The notes under the pieces: generated by a model
Told to the model about the DNA's origin: nothing
The model's database searches: none
Seen by the model: only the letters and a program-made list of their open reading frames with translations
Virus record (IMG/VR): IMGVR_UViG_3300009149_000012
Coordinates: 1-64,000 of that record
Strand: one strand, 5' to 3'
DNA from: a virus
Length of the DNA stretch: 64,000 nucleotides
In this document: positions 20,714 through 30,397 of the stretch, one piece after another
Layout: each line of letters starts with the position of its first letter
Numbering within the stretch: position 1 is the stretch's first letter
Program-made: the position numbers and the translations under genes

Positions 20714-21123
20714 GGTTCGTTTTCTTCAAGAATCTGCATGATATCATCGATATTAACAATATTGGTCTTCGTAGACCCTTGGGATCGCTCCCGGGGAAGG
20801 GCGCAGCACCACACCCAAGCATCCTTGGTATGAGCCTCCTCATCTGTGGGGTGGTTCACCAGATGCCGCAAAGATCCGAAGTCCAAGTTGCCCTGCTTTC
20901 GGCAGTCCCAAAGGTGCTTTTCAGCGCGACTTCGGGTCCAGTAGGGTTTGGGGTAACGGATGTAGAGCTTGCCCTCATCGAGACAGACAACTCGCTCCCG
21001 CACCCGGTCTTGGATTTCCCTCCGAACTTCCTTGACTGGTCTTTCAGTAAGATCCGACACCCATTCGAGCAAAAGATTCATTGCCCGCAACTGATCTCGC
21101 GCTGCGATCTCGCTCTTGGTCAT
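20710..21123 (-). CDS. Hypothetical protein
   Basis: ORF track 20710..21129; likely ATG at 21123 just after a GGTGTAG motif. Confidence 0.6.
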   Translation of the reverse strand: MTKSEIAARDQLRAMNLLLEWVSDLTERPVKEVRREIQDRVRERVVCLDEGKLYIRYPKPYWTRSRAEKHLWDCRKQGNLDFGSLRHLVNHPTDEEAHTKDAWVWCCALPRERSQGSTKTNIVNIDDIMQILEENEP

Positions 21124-21131
21124 CCACACCC

Positions 21132-21323
21132 CTACACCAGGACGTCCAAGAGCCGCTCCCGAAGATAGGCCACGTCCGTGTAAGGTTCGTCCTCCCGGAT
21201 GACGAGGATGCGCAGCCCAGCATCTTGCGCCAGCTTCAGTTTCATAGCATCACGAGCTTGAAGGTCTTCGAACTGTTCTTCCGACTCGATGTAGTAGGAC
21301 GGGAACGTCCAATGTTGGTACCC
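21132..21323 (-). pseudogene. C-terminal remnant of a DUF559/Vsr-like endonuclease
   Basis: Manual translation GYQHWTFPSYYIESEEQFEDLQARDAMKLKLAQDAGLRILVIREDEPYTDVAYLRERLLDVLV*; no N-terminal catalytic half. Confidence 0.6.
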
Positions 21324-21340
21324 AGTTGACCTGAAAGACG

Positions 21341-21383
21341 CTGGAACCGAAAAGGCTTGTTTTCAAGGGGTTTTCGGTTCCAG
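21341..21383. terminator. Strong hairpin just downstream of the sheath gene
   Basis: CTGGAACCGAAAA...TTTTCGGTTCCAG, a 13-bp perfect inverted repeat with an inner CTTG/CAAG stem. Confidence 0.6.
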
Positions 21384-21395
21384 GTTTTCCAGAAA

Positions 21396-24300
21396 TCACA
21401 GCCTTGCGCGAAGGTTGAAAGTCACGACCAAGTACAAAAGCGGGAAGATCGGCTGGTAGTAGGCTTCTGCCCGGAGAATCGTGGGATCCTCCTCATCGAC
21501 TTCGGCCGAGAAGCCCGTGTATGCGGCAACGATCTCGGCGTCAATCTGCGCCTTGAAGAAACTCGACATCGTGATGACGACATCGTTCGTGCGCTGGTTG
21601 AGGAACTTGATACCGACGAAGGCATCGAGCACTGACCGGCTTCCTTGCTGCACGTAGTCGGCGATCTGTGTGATCGTGGGCAGCCGGGTCAGGATTGTCG
21701 ACATGTTGGTCGTGAAGCCCTGACGGATGCGGACGATGGGGTCCAGATCTTCGAGGATCGTGACACCCGCCACAGCGGTCTGGTTGGCCTCGACCGTGTC
21801 GAGAATCCGAGAAATCCGGGTGAAGCCCAGGATCCGGCGCCGGGTGTACGGAGTCGCCACGTCGATCGACGGGTTGACAACCGCTCCCGCTACAGCCGCT
21901 GCGAAGAACGTTCCGTCCACGAGTTGCTCGTAGCTCTCACCAAGCTCGTTGGTCAGGGTGATGACCGACGAATCCGGGTAGAAGGCGACGATGCGGTTCG
22001 ACACCAGGTTGCGAGCCACGGTCTGAGCCGAAGTGGGCTCGGTGCCCGAAGCGAATCCGATGAAGCCCATCCGCTCGCCCTGGTTGCGGATGTTGCTCAT
22101 CTGCTCACAGTGCTGCATGAGGTAGGCGTACACCGTCGAACTCGTTGCCAGGGGCACGAGAATGTCGGGCCGGATGTTGCCTGGAAGCGGGGTTTCCAAT
22201 TCCTTGATTGCGTTCAGGAAGTCGGAATCCGAAGCCTGGTTGGTATTGGTCACCTTCAGGACTTGCTTCATGCCGACCAAAAGGGCGCCGTTCAAGAGCG
22301 ATAGGTAAGCTGCGAGGCTCAACCGGTTCTCGCTGTTGACCGGTCCGTAGTTGGCCTCGATGCTCTTCCATTTGCGGTAGATGCGCGTCGTGAAGTCTTG
22401 CTTCAGGTAGCGGTAGGAGATGTAGTAGAAGTCGCCTACGGCTGGCTCCAACCCGCCCGGGTTGAACGTTTGGAGCGTTGCGGTGTCATCCACGCCCACG
22501 TTGATCGTGTTGGCGACGACGGTCTCCAACCCGCCCATGGCGTAGGTGGGAACTGCCGAGTTGACCACGAAGGTCGGGCTCACATGAAGTTGGAACCAAC
22601 CACCGGTTGCGTACGAGCCGTCCGTTGCCGGAAGAATCGAGAAACGCAGACCCGTGTTGCTGTCCGTGTACGTCTGGCCTGGGATGCCAGTGCCACCGGA
22701 GCCGCTCGCGTTGTTGCTCGACACGGTGTACATGTCGTAAGCGTCTTCGCCGATGTCGCCGCTGGTTCCTGCGATGATCTCGGTCCCCGTGGTCGTGTTG
22801 AACGCCGACGACGTGGTGAAAGCAACGCTGGAAGTCGTGGCGCCCGTGGTGAGCGACTCGATCGTGAGGTAAACCTGTCCGTCGATCATGCTGGAGTAGG
22901 CCAAGCCATCGACCGTCAAGCCTGCCGTCGCCATCAACGAGTTGACAACTTCCTCGATATCGACCCGGGTCTGGCTGGCGCTGTCGTTCTGGTTGAAGCC
23001 CAGGACCGTGTTGCACGAGCCGCCAAGAATCACGAGCGACGATACTTCCGTGTTGATCGTGCTCGTCAGACGAAGCATGTTGAGGTTTGCCAGGGTGCCG
23101 GCGCTTGCCACACCGGTAAGGCCCGGATAGGCATTGACAACGATCGCGATGGCAGCCGTCGTCACAGCGGCACCGCTCGGGAGCGTGACCGTGTAATCGA
23201 CACCGTCGAGACGGAAGCTCAACTCGTCATTGAGCCCGGCTGTGATGTTGAACGGACCAGCGTTCGAACTGATCATCGTAGCCGGCTTGTTGATGGCGCC
23301 GGTCGTTCCGTCCACCCGGTTGAAGGTCGACAGACCCAAGGTGGCTTCTGCCGTGCCCTGCATGACCCGAACGTAGCTGTTCGCGTCGAAGCCGCCTGGA
23401 ATGGCTGCCGGGACCGAGTAGCTCTGAATGGTGAAGAACACGTCGCCCGTACCAGCACCACCCACTTGGAGGGCTGCGCACAGGTTGTTGGGGGCCGTTC
23501 CGGCGAAAGCTGGGACGACATCGATCACGGCGTTGATCTCGGCCGCAATGAAAGCCGGCGTCTGGTTGCCGAGCGTCAGGGTGACGCTCACCGTCTCGCC
23601 GTCAATCTCCAATTCCAATTGCTCAGCACCAGCGATGACGCTGATATCGCCCAGGTCGACACCGGTCTGGATCGGAGTAACGGCAGTTCCGACCATGGTG
23701 CCTCGAACCGCCGTCAAGAGGTTCGTTGCATGGGCGTTGCCGTTGAGGGTCGTGTTCCAGGTCGCGCTCGCCAGGTAGAAGGACCAAGGCTGCGCACCCG
23801 TGGTCGTGTACAGAGCGTTCTTCGGGGTCGACTGACCGAACGTGACTGTCGTGATCTCGCTGACAGGCGTTCCACCATCGTGGAAGGCATCCGGGATTTG
23901 CTCGACGCCACGGGGCCAATTGATCGTCTCGGTGAGCCCGCCGCCCTTGGTGCCCAAAGTCACCTGAAGCAAGTTGCGGTCGAGAGCGTTGCTGTACACT
24001 TCGTACTGACCAGCGCCCACAGGACCGGCGACCTTGTTGGTCAACAGGAAGCTGTCGTCCTGAATCCGGTTGTAGTAGAAGGTCGCGAACGCCAGGAAGT
24101 CCGGTCGAACCGAATCTTTCAAGGTGATGGTCCGAGTCTCGGCGTCCACGGCAACAACCGTAGCGGGGTTGCGGTTGAGAGCATCCCGGAGATCATGACC
24201 AACACGAACGACCACCAGGTCAGGCCGGTTCGATTCGAGAGCGTACCGGTTGTTGGCGATCTGGTTGTACAAGGTCTGGCCGAGAGGCGTATCCCTGCCG

Positions 24301-25667
24301 TTGCCCAAGGTGGGCACTGCCGGCAAGAGGAACTGATTCGGCGACTGCACAGCGGGGATCGCTGTGGTGTCAACCACACGGTCGCATTCGGCGAGGTACC
24401 ACTTGTCATCCACGAGGGTCGGGATGATCTGAGTCTCGTCGAAGGGCTCGGCTCCCGCTGAACGGGTTGTCGAACTGACGGTGTAGCTCGTGCCCCAGTT
24501 GATGATGCTGACATCCGGGCTCGGGTTGCTCACCACGAAGTCTTGACCTTCGAGGTAATCGTTCCGGCTCGGGCTGATTCCGCAACGAAGCACGTTGGTG
24601 ACCAGCGTGTTCGGGAGGTAATCAAACGTGTCCTGCCAGGTGTTCGCCCAGTACGTGAGGACGACCGTCGCGCCGGGGGCGGGAGGCGATGCCAGAGTCA
24701 CAACTCCGTTTCGGCCGTCGACGGCCGTGGGGATAACCTGCACACCGTTGACCTTGGCGACCACCTTGGAGGGGTCCGTGGTCGTGATGCCGCCAGAGGA
24801 ACCATCCACGATCGGGATGTTGAAAACCCGGAAGTTGACGTTGCGGTTGGTCTTCTGTCCCGACGTGAATCCGAGCGGGCCGTTGGCCGATCCATCACCG
24901 ATCTCGATCTCACTCGTGGCACTGAAGGTGATGTGGTTTTTGCCGTCGTTGTCCGCAAAGACCGTCGTAGAGAGCCCTGTGATCAGAGACGCATCGATGA
25001 CGCTCTTGAGACTCGCCGCCGTGTACGCTCCGGTCGGGAAGGTGACCGTCCACGTCGCACCATTGACCAAGATGATCAGGGTGTCGATGCTGCCAGACGT
25101 CATGTTGAACGGTTCGAAGCCAGGGCTTGTAAGCGAAGCGAAGTCGCTCGTGACCTGTGCCGAAACGTCATCCGTGAAGCTCGTATCCGACCGGTGGAAG
25201 AAATACGTGCACCGAATGTCCGACGTCGCTTGAGGCGGAACCTGCAAGGTGACGTAGCCATCCTGCCCTTGGACCGAGCCAACCGAAACCGGAACGCCAT
25301 CCACCGTACAGGACACCGTCCGAGTGTCGTTTGTCACCCGTCCAATCCCTTGGCCGTCCACGATTGGGAAGTGACGTACCCGGAACTTGGCGCGAGTCGA
25401 CCCATCCGGTGGCCCTAGTACGGGATTCGCCGGATTCGTGTCGTCCACGACAAAGCTCTGCGATACGTCCTCAGAGACAATTTGTTGATCTTGCGTGGAG
25501 CTTGAGCCTCGGACCACTTCGAGATCAAGTTGCTCCAACTCCTCCTGTCCCACACCGATGTAGACCGGTAGCCGCACAGTACCAACCAGGTTGGTAACAG
25601 CAGCGTCAGTCAGCGTCTTCGTGTAAGGGCCAGGCGGCGCGTAGGTGATGAACGGTCCCAGAGTCAT
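21396..25667 (-). CDS. Contractile tail sheath protein with multiple inserted domains
   Basis: N-terminal YAPPGPYTKT and sheath C-terminal domain (IEANYG, ERMGFIG, NRIVAFYP, VAGVTILE, IRQGFTT, ITQIADYV, YYQPIFPLLYLVVTF). Confidence 0.9.
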   Translation of the reverse strand: MTLGPFITYAPPGPYTKTLTDAAVTNLVGTVRLPVYIGVGQEELEQLDLEVVRGSSSTQDQQIVSEDVSQSFVVDDTNPANPVLGPPDGSTRAKFRVRHFPIVDGQGIGRVTNDTRTVSCTVDGVPVSVGSVQGQDGYVTLQVPPQATSDIRCTYFFHRSDTSFTDDVSAQVTSDFASLTSPGFEPFNMTSGSIDTLIILVNGATWTVTFPTGAYTAASLKSVIDASLITGLSTTVFADNDGKNHITFSATSEIEIGDGSANGPLGFTSGQKTNRNVNFRVFNIPIVDGSSGGITTTDPSKVVAKVNGVQVIPTAVDGRNGVVTLASPPAPGATVVLTYWANTWQDTFDYLPNTLVTNVLRCGISPSRNDYLEGQDFVVSNPSPDVSIINWGTSYTVSSTTRSAGAEPFDETQIIPTLVDDKWYLAECDRVVDTTAIPAVQSPNQFLLPAVPTLGNGRDTPLGQTLYNQIANNRYALESNRPDLVVVRVGHDLRDALNRNPATVVAVDAETRTITLKDSVRPDFLAFATFYYNRIQDDSFLLTNKVAGPVGAGQYEVYSNALDRNLLQVTLGTKGGGLTETINWPRGVEQIPDAFHDGGTPVSEITTVTFGQSTPKNALYTTTGAQPWSFYLASATWNTTLNGNAHATNLLTAVRGTMVGTAVTPIQTGVDLGDISVIAGAEQLELEIDGETVSVTLTLGNQTPAFIAAEINAVIDVVPAFAGTAPNNLCAALQVGGAGTGDVFFTIQSYSVPAAIPGGFDANSYVRVMQGTAEATLGLSTFNRVDGTTGAINKPATMISSNAGPFNITAGLNDELSFRLDGVDYTVTLPSGAAVTTAAIAIVVNAYPGLTGVASAGTLANLNMLRLTSTINTEVSSLVILGGSCNTVLGFNQNDSASQTRVDIEEVVNSLMATAGLTVDGLAYSSMIDGQVYLTIESLTTGATTSSVAFTTSSAFNTTTGTEIIAGTSGDIGEDAYDMYTVSSNNASGSGGTGIPGQTYTDSNTGLRFSILPATDGSYATGGWFQLHVSPTFVVNSAVPTYAMGGLETVVANTINVGVDDTATLQTFNPGGLEPAVGDFYYISYRYLKQDFTTRIYRKWKSIEANYGPVNSENRLSLAAYLSLLNGALLVGMKQVLKVTNTNQASDSDFLNAIKELETPLPGNIRPDILVPLATSSTVYAYLMQHCEQMSNIRNQGERMGFIGFASGTEPTSAQTVARNLVSNRIVAFYPDSSVITLTNELGESYEQLVDGTFFAAAVAGAVVNPSIDVATPYTRRRILGFTRISRILDTVEANQTAVAGVTILEDLDPIVRIRQGFTTNMSTILTRLPTITQIADYVQQGSRSVLDAFVGIKFLNQRTNDVVITMSSFFKAQIDAEIVAAYTGFSAEVDEEDPTILRAEAYYQPIFPLLYLVVTFNLRARL

Positions 25668-25793
25668 TCCCGACTCTCCTTAGTTATCTCGGTCAGTTCA
25701 ATCTGGATTCGGGTGCCAGCGTTCTTGGATCCGATCTGCATCCGCTTCTCGCGCTCACAAGCAGCGCCTACGAAGGGCATGGTCAACGATACT

Positions 25794-26252
25794 TTAACGA
25801 CCGGTCATCCTCAGGTCCCCAAGAGGGGCTCCGATTTCGTTGGCGACATCATTGTGTTTGCGCAACGTGTTCTTTCGCGCTTCGACTCCCTCATCGCTCA
25901 GACCCTCGTAATCAATGTAATTTCCGTCAGGGTCGTCCCGCCGAGTGAGTTTATCGGTGCCGGAAGCGTCCCGCACCTTTTTCTTGGTAGCTTGGCGAGC
26001 ATGGATCTCGGCCCACTTTTGCTGGGCATCCTGCCCGACGCCATGATCTGCCGTGGGGTAGTCGTCTTTGTGGACCCCGGTGTTTCCTGGTGCCCCATTC
26101 CCACTAGAAAATGCAAATCCAAAAGACGAATCCCACAATCGAGGGGCGGTTGCTGAACAGCGGGGGCAGGCATGAGATGGGTGCTCGCCCATTTTCAGGT
26201 TGCGGTTGAACCGAAGTGTACAGTCTTGGCACTCGAATTCGTAGCGAGGCAT
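25794..26252 (-). CDS. FmdB-family zinc-ribbon protein
   Basis: MPRYEFECQDC...CPRC; start taken at 26252. Confidence 0.8.
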   Translation of the reverse strand: MPRYEFECQDCTLRFNRNLKMGEHPSHACPRCSATAPRLWDSSFGFAFSSGNGAPGNTGVHKDDYPTADHGVGQDAQQKWAEIHARQATKKKVRDASGTDKLTRRDDPDGNYIDYEGLSDEGVEARKNTLRKHNDVANEIGAPLGDLRMTGR

Positions 26253-26253
26253 T

Positions 26254-27441
26254 TTATGTGATCCTTTCGTAATCTGCATTCCGCCCGACCACAATGGGCG
26301 ACGTCTGGAAGAACAAATCGCTGAAAACTTCTCGAATTTGGTCTTCCGTGGGGGTACAGGGACTTGCCGCAGCATCTTGCTCCGGTGTGGTGGGCGTCAC
26401 CTGGCTGATCGTCAGAGGTAGCGGGATATGCATTTCCCAATCTGAACGAAGTTGAATTGACATAGAAGCGGTGAAATAAACAGAATCGGCCGTCTCGTCA
26501 TATGTATCCTCAGCTTCGCCGCCGATGGAAACGTCAACGATTTCAATGCCTTCAGCCTCAAGCCGGTTCTTTTTCTCGCCCCACAAATACATGAGGGTCA
26601 GGTCGGCCATCTCTTCCATCTGAAGCGGGTCTCGGGAGATGATATCGAAGTCAAAGTTCACTTCGTACTTGCCGCCGAAGGCTTGGGCGGTATCGACCCG
26701 GTCTGGGGTGACCACGATCGCGACCTTGTCCCCTGCCTCTGCCCGCTTTCCGAAAGCCATGATGACCCCGGGCAGCGTTGTGAAATCGGCCGTGTTCCAT
26801 GCAAACTCGACAGGCCCGATGCTTGGGACAGCGTATCGGTAGTCGGCGGTCAAAACCGAGTTTGGCCCCGACCTGTACGTCAACTCGATCGCCCCGTTGT
26901 CGTAATTGACCGTGTAGTCCTTGCCCTCACGCAAAAGAACGCTTCGGTTTTCCCAGAGTCGGAGCGTCCCCTGCGCTGGGACCCGTTGAAGCTGGGCATG
27001 ACGTTCGATCCCGGAGACGAACCGGAGCACGGCCTCATCCCATTCAGTCAGGAGAGGGTCGACCGCAAAATGCCCTTTTCCTTGAGCCGTGGTGGGGGCG
27101 TCAAGGATCTCGACATAGTAGACCCCCGCAGCCAAGGGAAAGTGCCCCACGTCTTTGATCCGGCCACTGTCCTCCCGCACCCACTCGATCGGGTGTGCTG
27201 CCTTTCCCACGTAGGCCAACATGGCATGGCTCACGACCGTGCCGATGTAGTTGTCGCCAGAAAGCTGTACCTTGTTGGCGCTGCTTCCCTTGATCACGAT
27301 GCCAAACTGAGGACGTGACTTGAACTCGTACCGGTTCTGAATGTGCGGCACGATCTTCCGGTAAATAGGATGACGCGAGAAGCTGTCTCGTAGCTCATTG
27401 ATGAGCCGACGTTTTAGAGATCCGATGAGGTAGTAGTACAC
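26254..27441 (-). CDS. Putative tail terminator/completion protein
   Basis: Upstream of the sheath; QFGIVIK and FDFDIISRDPLQMEEMADL...ASMSIQLRSDWE; inserted module EGKDYTVNYDNG. Confidence 0.55.
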   Translation of the reverse strand: MYYYLIGSLKRRLINELRDSFSRHPIYRKIVPHIQNRYEFKSRPQFGIVIKGSSANKVQLSGDNYIGTVVSHAMLAYVGKAAHPIEWVREDSGRIKDVGHFPLAAGVYYVEILDAPTTAQGKGHFAVDPLLTEWDEAVLRFVSGIERHAQLQRVPAQGTLRLWENRSVLLREGKDYTVNYDNGAIELTYRSGPNSVLTADYRYAVPSIGPVEFAWNTADFTTLPGVIMAFGKRAEAGDKVAIVVTPDRVDTAQAFGGKYEVNFDFDIISRDPLQMEEMADLTLMYLWGEKKNRLEAEGIEIVDVSIGGEAEDTYDETADSVYFTASMSIQLRSDWEMHIPLPLTISQVTPTTPEQDAAASPCTPTEDQIREVFSDLFFQTSPIVVGRNADYERIT

Positions 27442-27444
27442 GGG

Positions 27445-28452
27445 CTACTCCGCATGTTCCTCCATGGCGAGAACGAGCAAGCCAGAAGCGACGGCTGTCA
27501 TGGGATCATCCGCATGCCGAACCTCGCTGATCTCGATCGGGAAGCGCTTTCGAAGGTGTTCGAACTCATCGTTGAACACATCCATGAAGCCGCCCGCCAA
27601 GCTGGTGCCGCCACTCACCACGAGCGGAATTGCTGTTGGAAGATCCATGGTTCCACGCACGGCCTTGAATTGGGTCGCGACGTGTTCCAACACATAACGG
27701 ATCAAGCTGCGGACGTACAAGGCGAGTGCTTCGGCCTCCCGGTTGGACGCATTCGCCAAATCGATGCCCTTTTCCTTGATCGAACACATGCGGGCCGAAG
27801 TCGACCCCATCGCTCTTGCCGCCTGACTGTCGACCCAGTCGCCACCACGAGCAACCGAGAAGCTCATCCCCTCGATCGTCTGGAAGCTCAAAGCCACGTT
27901 CGCCATGCCAGCGCCGAAGCTGATTCCCAAGCCGGAAAAGTTCGTATCCGAACATTGGGAGAAAATGATCGCCATCGCCTCGTTGGAAGCGTGAGGGGTG
28001 TAGCCCAACTCTTGCGTGATCTTGCGGAAAATCTCCGTGTGGTAGATGACATCCTGCGTGGGATCGTCTACCGGGGCTGCCGGCACGCTGAAAAAGCAAT
28101 GCTCGTTCTCGACCACGGGCTCCCCAAGGACGTGCTCGACCAGCAAGCTCAACACTTGCTGCGCGTCCAACTCACCGGGGGCGATGACGCCCCTGGATAG
28201 TGGGCGGCGAGCCTCACGCTTAAACAAGTTCGCCATGCTCAAAGCTGAATCGCCGATGACGATGAGTTGGTCCTCCCGCTCGACGTAGCTCACCTTCGAC
28301 AGACGAAGCGTCCGCTTGGCCTCGATGTCCAAGTCAATGAAGGCGTCCCGCACACGCTTGAAGTACGCACGCTTGCCCTTCTGCCGGGCCGAAACAACAT
28401 TCATGGTCCCGATATCGAGACCGACCCCTGGATCCTTGTTCTCTGTTTCCAT
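27445..28452 (-). CDS. Actin-fold ATPase (MreB/MamK/ParM-like)
   Basis: Phosphate-1 GLDIGTMN, connect NEAMA, phosphate-2 ISFGAGMAN, RGGDWVD, adenosine VVSGGTS. RBS AAGGA before ATG 28452. Confidence 0.85.
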   Translation of the reverse strand: METENKDPGVGLDIGTMNVVSARQKGKRAYFKRVRDAFIDLDIEAKRTLRLSKVSYVEREDQLIVIGDSALSMANLFKREARRPLSRGVIAPGELDAQQVLSLLVEHVLGEPVVENEHCFFSVPAAPVDDPTQDVIYHTEIFRKITQELGYTPHASNEAMAIIFSQCSDTNFSGLGISFGAGMANVALSFQTIEGMSFSVARGGDWVDSQAARAMGSTSARMCSIKEKGIDLANASNREAEALALYVRSLIRYVLEHVATQFKAVRGTMDLPTAIPLVVSGGTSLAGGFMDVFNDEFEHLRKRFPIEISEVRHADDPMTAVASGLLVLAMEEHAE

Positions 28453-28474
28453 TTTCATCCTTATTTGCCCGTGG

Positions 28475-29062
28475 CTACAACTTCCACGGGTCGTTCTGCT
28501 CACCGCCGACACGTTGCTTGAGCAAGTAGACGAATTCCTCATGCTTGGAAGCAATGGCTTGGAGCAAGTCGTCCACACCCATGGTCAAGGTGCCGGCTTT
28601 GTCGAGCATATCATACGACGCACGCATGAATTCGAGCAATTGTTCCTCTGCCTTCAGGGAAAGCCCTGGCATCATATCCGGGCTCACATCGGCCGAAACG
28701 TCCAAATAGAGGTGCTCGATGAGTTGGTTCAGTAAGCTGAGTTGGGTCCCCACAGCGACCTTCTCAGGTCCACCGAGGCCCACCGCTCGCTCTGCCAACT
28801 GATCCACGAGGGGGACGATCCCTTCGTAGATCCGCATGAACAGCAAGTGGTCGCCATAGTAGTTGCTGCCACGGGTCTGCCAGTGGTGCGCCTGGTGGAT
28901 GAAAGCGAGCGCCTTGTGCCAAACAACCAAGAGCGCCAGGTGGTCGGCGGGGTTGCTTGCGTCCGCAGCGAGCTTGGCGATCCCGGAGCCCGGCAGGGGC
29001 AGGTAGGGAGGGCCATCCGTCATCCCATCATAGACCGAGGGGTCTTTCCAGATGTCTTTCAC
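28475..29062 (-). CDS. dps: Dps/ferritin-like protein
   Basis: HQAHHWQTRGSNYYGDHLLF...VDQLAERAVGLGG. Confidence 0.75.
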   Translation of the reverse strand: MKDIWKDPSVYDGMTDGPPYLPLPGSGIAKLAADASNPADHLALLVVWHKALAFIHQAHHWQTRGSNYYGDHLLFMRIYEGIVPLVDQLAERAVGLGGPEKVAVGTQLSLLNQLIEHLYLDVSADVSPDMMPGLSLKAEEQLLEFMRASYDMLDKAGTLTMGVDDLLQAIASKHEEFVYLLKQRVGGEQNDPWKL

Positions 29063-29256
29063 AGCGTCACCTTCTGTGGCTCGGCAATGAACCCCTTGCC
29101 TGTGTACGGGCTAATGATCGAAGTCAGCCGTTCGCCCGTAAAGAACTTCTTTTGGGTGTCAGGACAGATGTACATCCACATGGGTGTATCCGTCGCTGCC
29201 TGGTGTTGCTCGAACCGCTTGACCACGGCTTTTGCGATCTCTCGTGTGTCGGCCAT
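29059..29256 (-). CDS. Small protein with IAKAVVKRF motif and Cys-Pro knuckle-like motifs
   Basis: YICPDTQKKF...ISPYTGKGF; stop overlaps the dps start. Confidence 0.6.
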   Translation of the reverse strand: MADTREIAKAVVKRFEQHQAATDTPMWMYICPDTQKKFFTGERLTSIISPYTGKGFIAEPQKVTL

Positions 29257-29282
29257 AACACCCAACTGAATTCTTGAAAGGA

Positions 29283-29861
29283 TTAACTCTTTCCCTTACG
29301 AAGCTCTCGGAGCCGAGTAGAGGCATCCGCAACGCCTACGCCCTCATCTTCCTTGACTTCGATCCGAGCTTCCACATTCTCATCTCGAATTTGCGCTGGG
29401 ATGAAAAGGGGCGCATCGGAAAGAGGGCGCTGTGCGGGTTTCTCGGCGGGCGGGAACTGGGCTTGCCCTTGAACCGGGGCGGGAGCCCCTCCTGAAGCCA
29501 GCATCCCCATGATCTGTTGGAGCATGACGGTTTGCTCGGCAAGTTGACTATCCTGCTTTTGCTTGGCTGAAATGAGTGCCTCGACTCGCTCGCTCTGCTC
29601 TGCGAGCGATTGACGAAGCTCTGTATTCTGTTCTTCAACCCGCTTGAGCTTCGTTTGGTCCTCACTCGGAATCACTCGGGGCTTCGAGGGGCCATGCTTG
29701 AGTTGGAAAAGCTGCCCTTGGCTGATACCAAGCCACAAGTCTTTCGACTGGTAAGCCTTTTCCGCTGGAATCGTAACCGTCTCGTTGAGCACCACTCTCA
29801 CGGCAATGTCCTTGATGACAAAAGAAGGGGGCACCCGCCCTAAAACCGTGATGTCGCTCAT
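29283..29861 (-). CDS. Hypothetical coiled-coil protein
   Basis: 192-aa ORF within the operon. Confidence 0.65.
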   Translation of the reverse strand: MSDITVLGRVPPSFVIKDIAVRVVLNETVTIPAEKAYQSKDLWLGISQGQLFQLKHGPSKPRVIPSEDQTKLKRVEEQNTELRQSLAEQSERVEALISAKQKQDSQLAEQTVMLQQIMGMLASGGAPAPVQGQAQFPPAEKPAQRPLSDAPLFIPAQIRDENVEARIEVKEDEGVGVADASTRLRELRKGKS

Positions 29862-30397
29862 CGTTTCCTCATTCCAGCAAGAATCTGATCTCTGATCTCC
29901 TGAGCAACCCGTTTTCGGACCTTCTCACGAGCCTCTTTCCTTGCTCGATCAAACAAGGGGAGCTTGGCTCTGCCAGGATGGATCCACCGACCATCTTCCA
30001 TACTTCGAGGTGTGGCCGACCGAAAGACAATTCGCCCATCGTCCGTTACGATTGGAATCGGAGCACGCGCCTTGGTGAGCCAAGTCATTTGCTGCCGCTT
30101 CTGCCCGTACACCAAAGGCTTGAACCCCGGGTGACTGACGGTGACCACAAGTGTCTTGGGTTTGACTTCGATCTGCAACGCCTTTGCGAACGCTATCTTC
30201 GCACGAGGGGAAAGTGCACTACCTAGAAGCTCCTGCTTGAACTGCTTGAAAAGCTCACGCCGCAGCTTTTCGAGGATCGTGGACAAGCGTACCCGGCTCA
30301 CCGCTTCGGGTGGGATGAGGGGGGTCGCCCTGATCGCTGTCAGACGCCACGCCTTACCGTTGTACAGGACTTGTTTCAATAGACGATGTTCTCCCAC
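29858..30397 (-). CDS. Putative tail-completion/morphogenesis protein (basic)
   Basis: Arg/Lys-rich; FRSATPRSMEDGRWIHPG; follows the neck gene. Confidence 0.5.
   Translation of the reverse strand: MGEHRLLKQVLYNGKAWRLTAIRATPLIPPEAVSRVRLSTILEKLRRELFKQFKQELLGSALSPRAKIAFAKALQIEVKPKTLVVTVSHPGFKPLVYGQKRQQMTWLTKARAPIPIVTDDGRIVFRSATPRSMEDGRWIHPGRAKLPLFDRARKEAREKVRKRVAQEIRDQILAGMRKR

Noticed and set aside
22398-24461. Long plus-strand ORFs (also 2589..3821, 11734..12819, 31707..33218, 51368..52687, 58729..60840)
   Set aside because: Antisense shadows of GC-biased minus-strand genes; no motifs or RBS seen.
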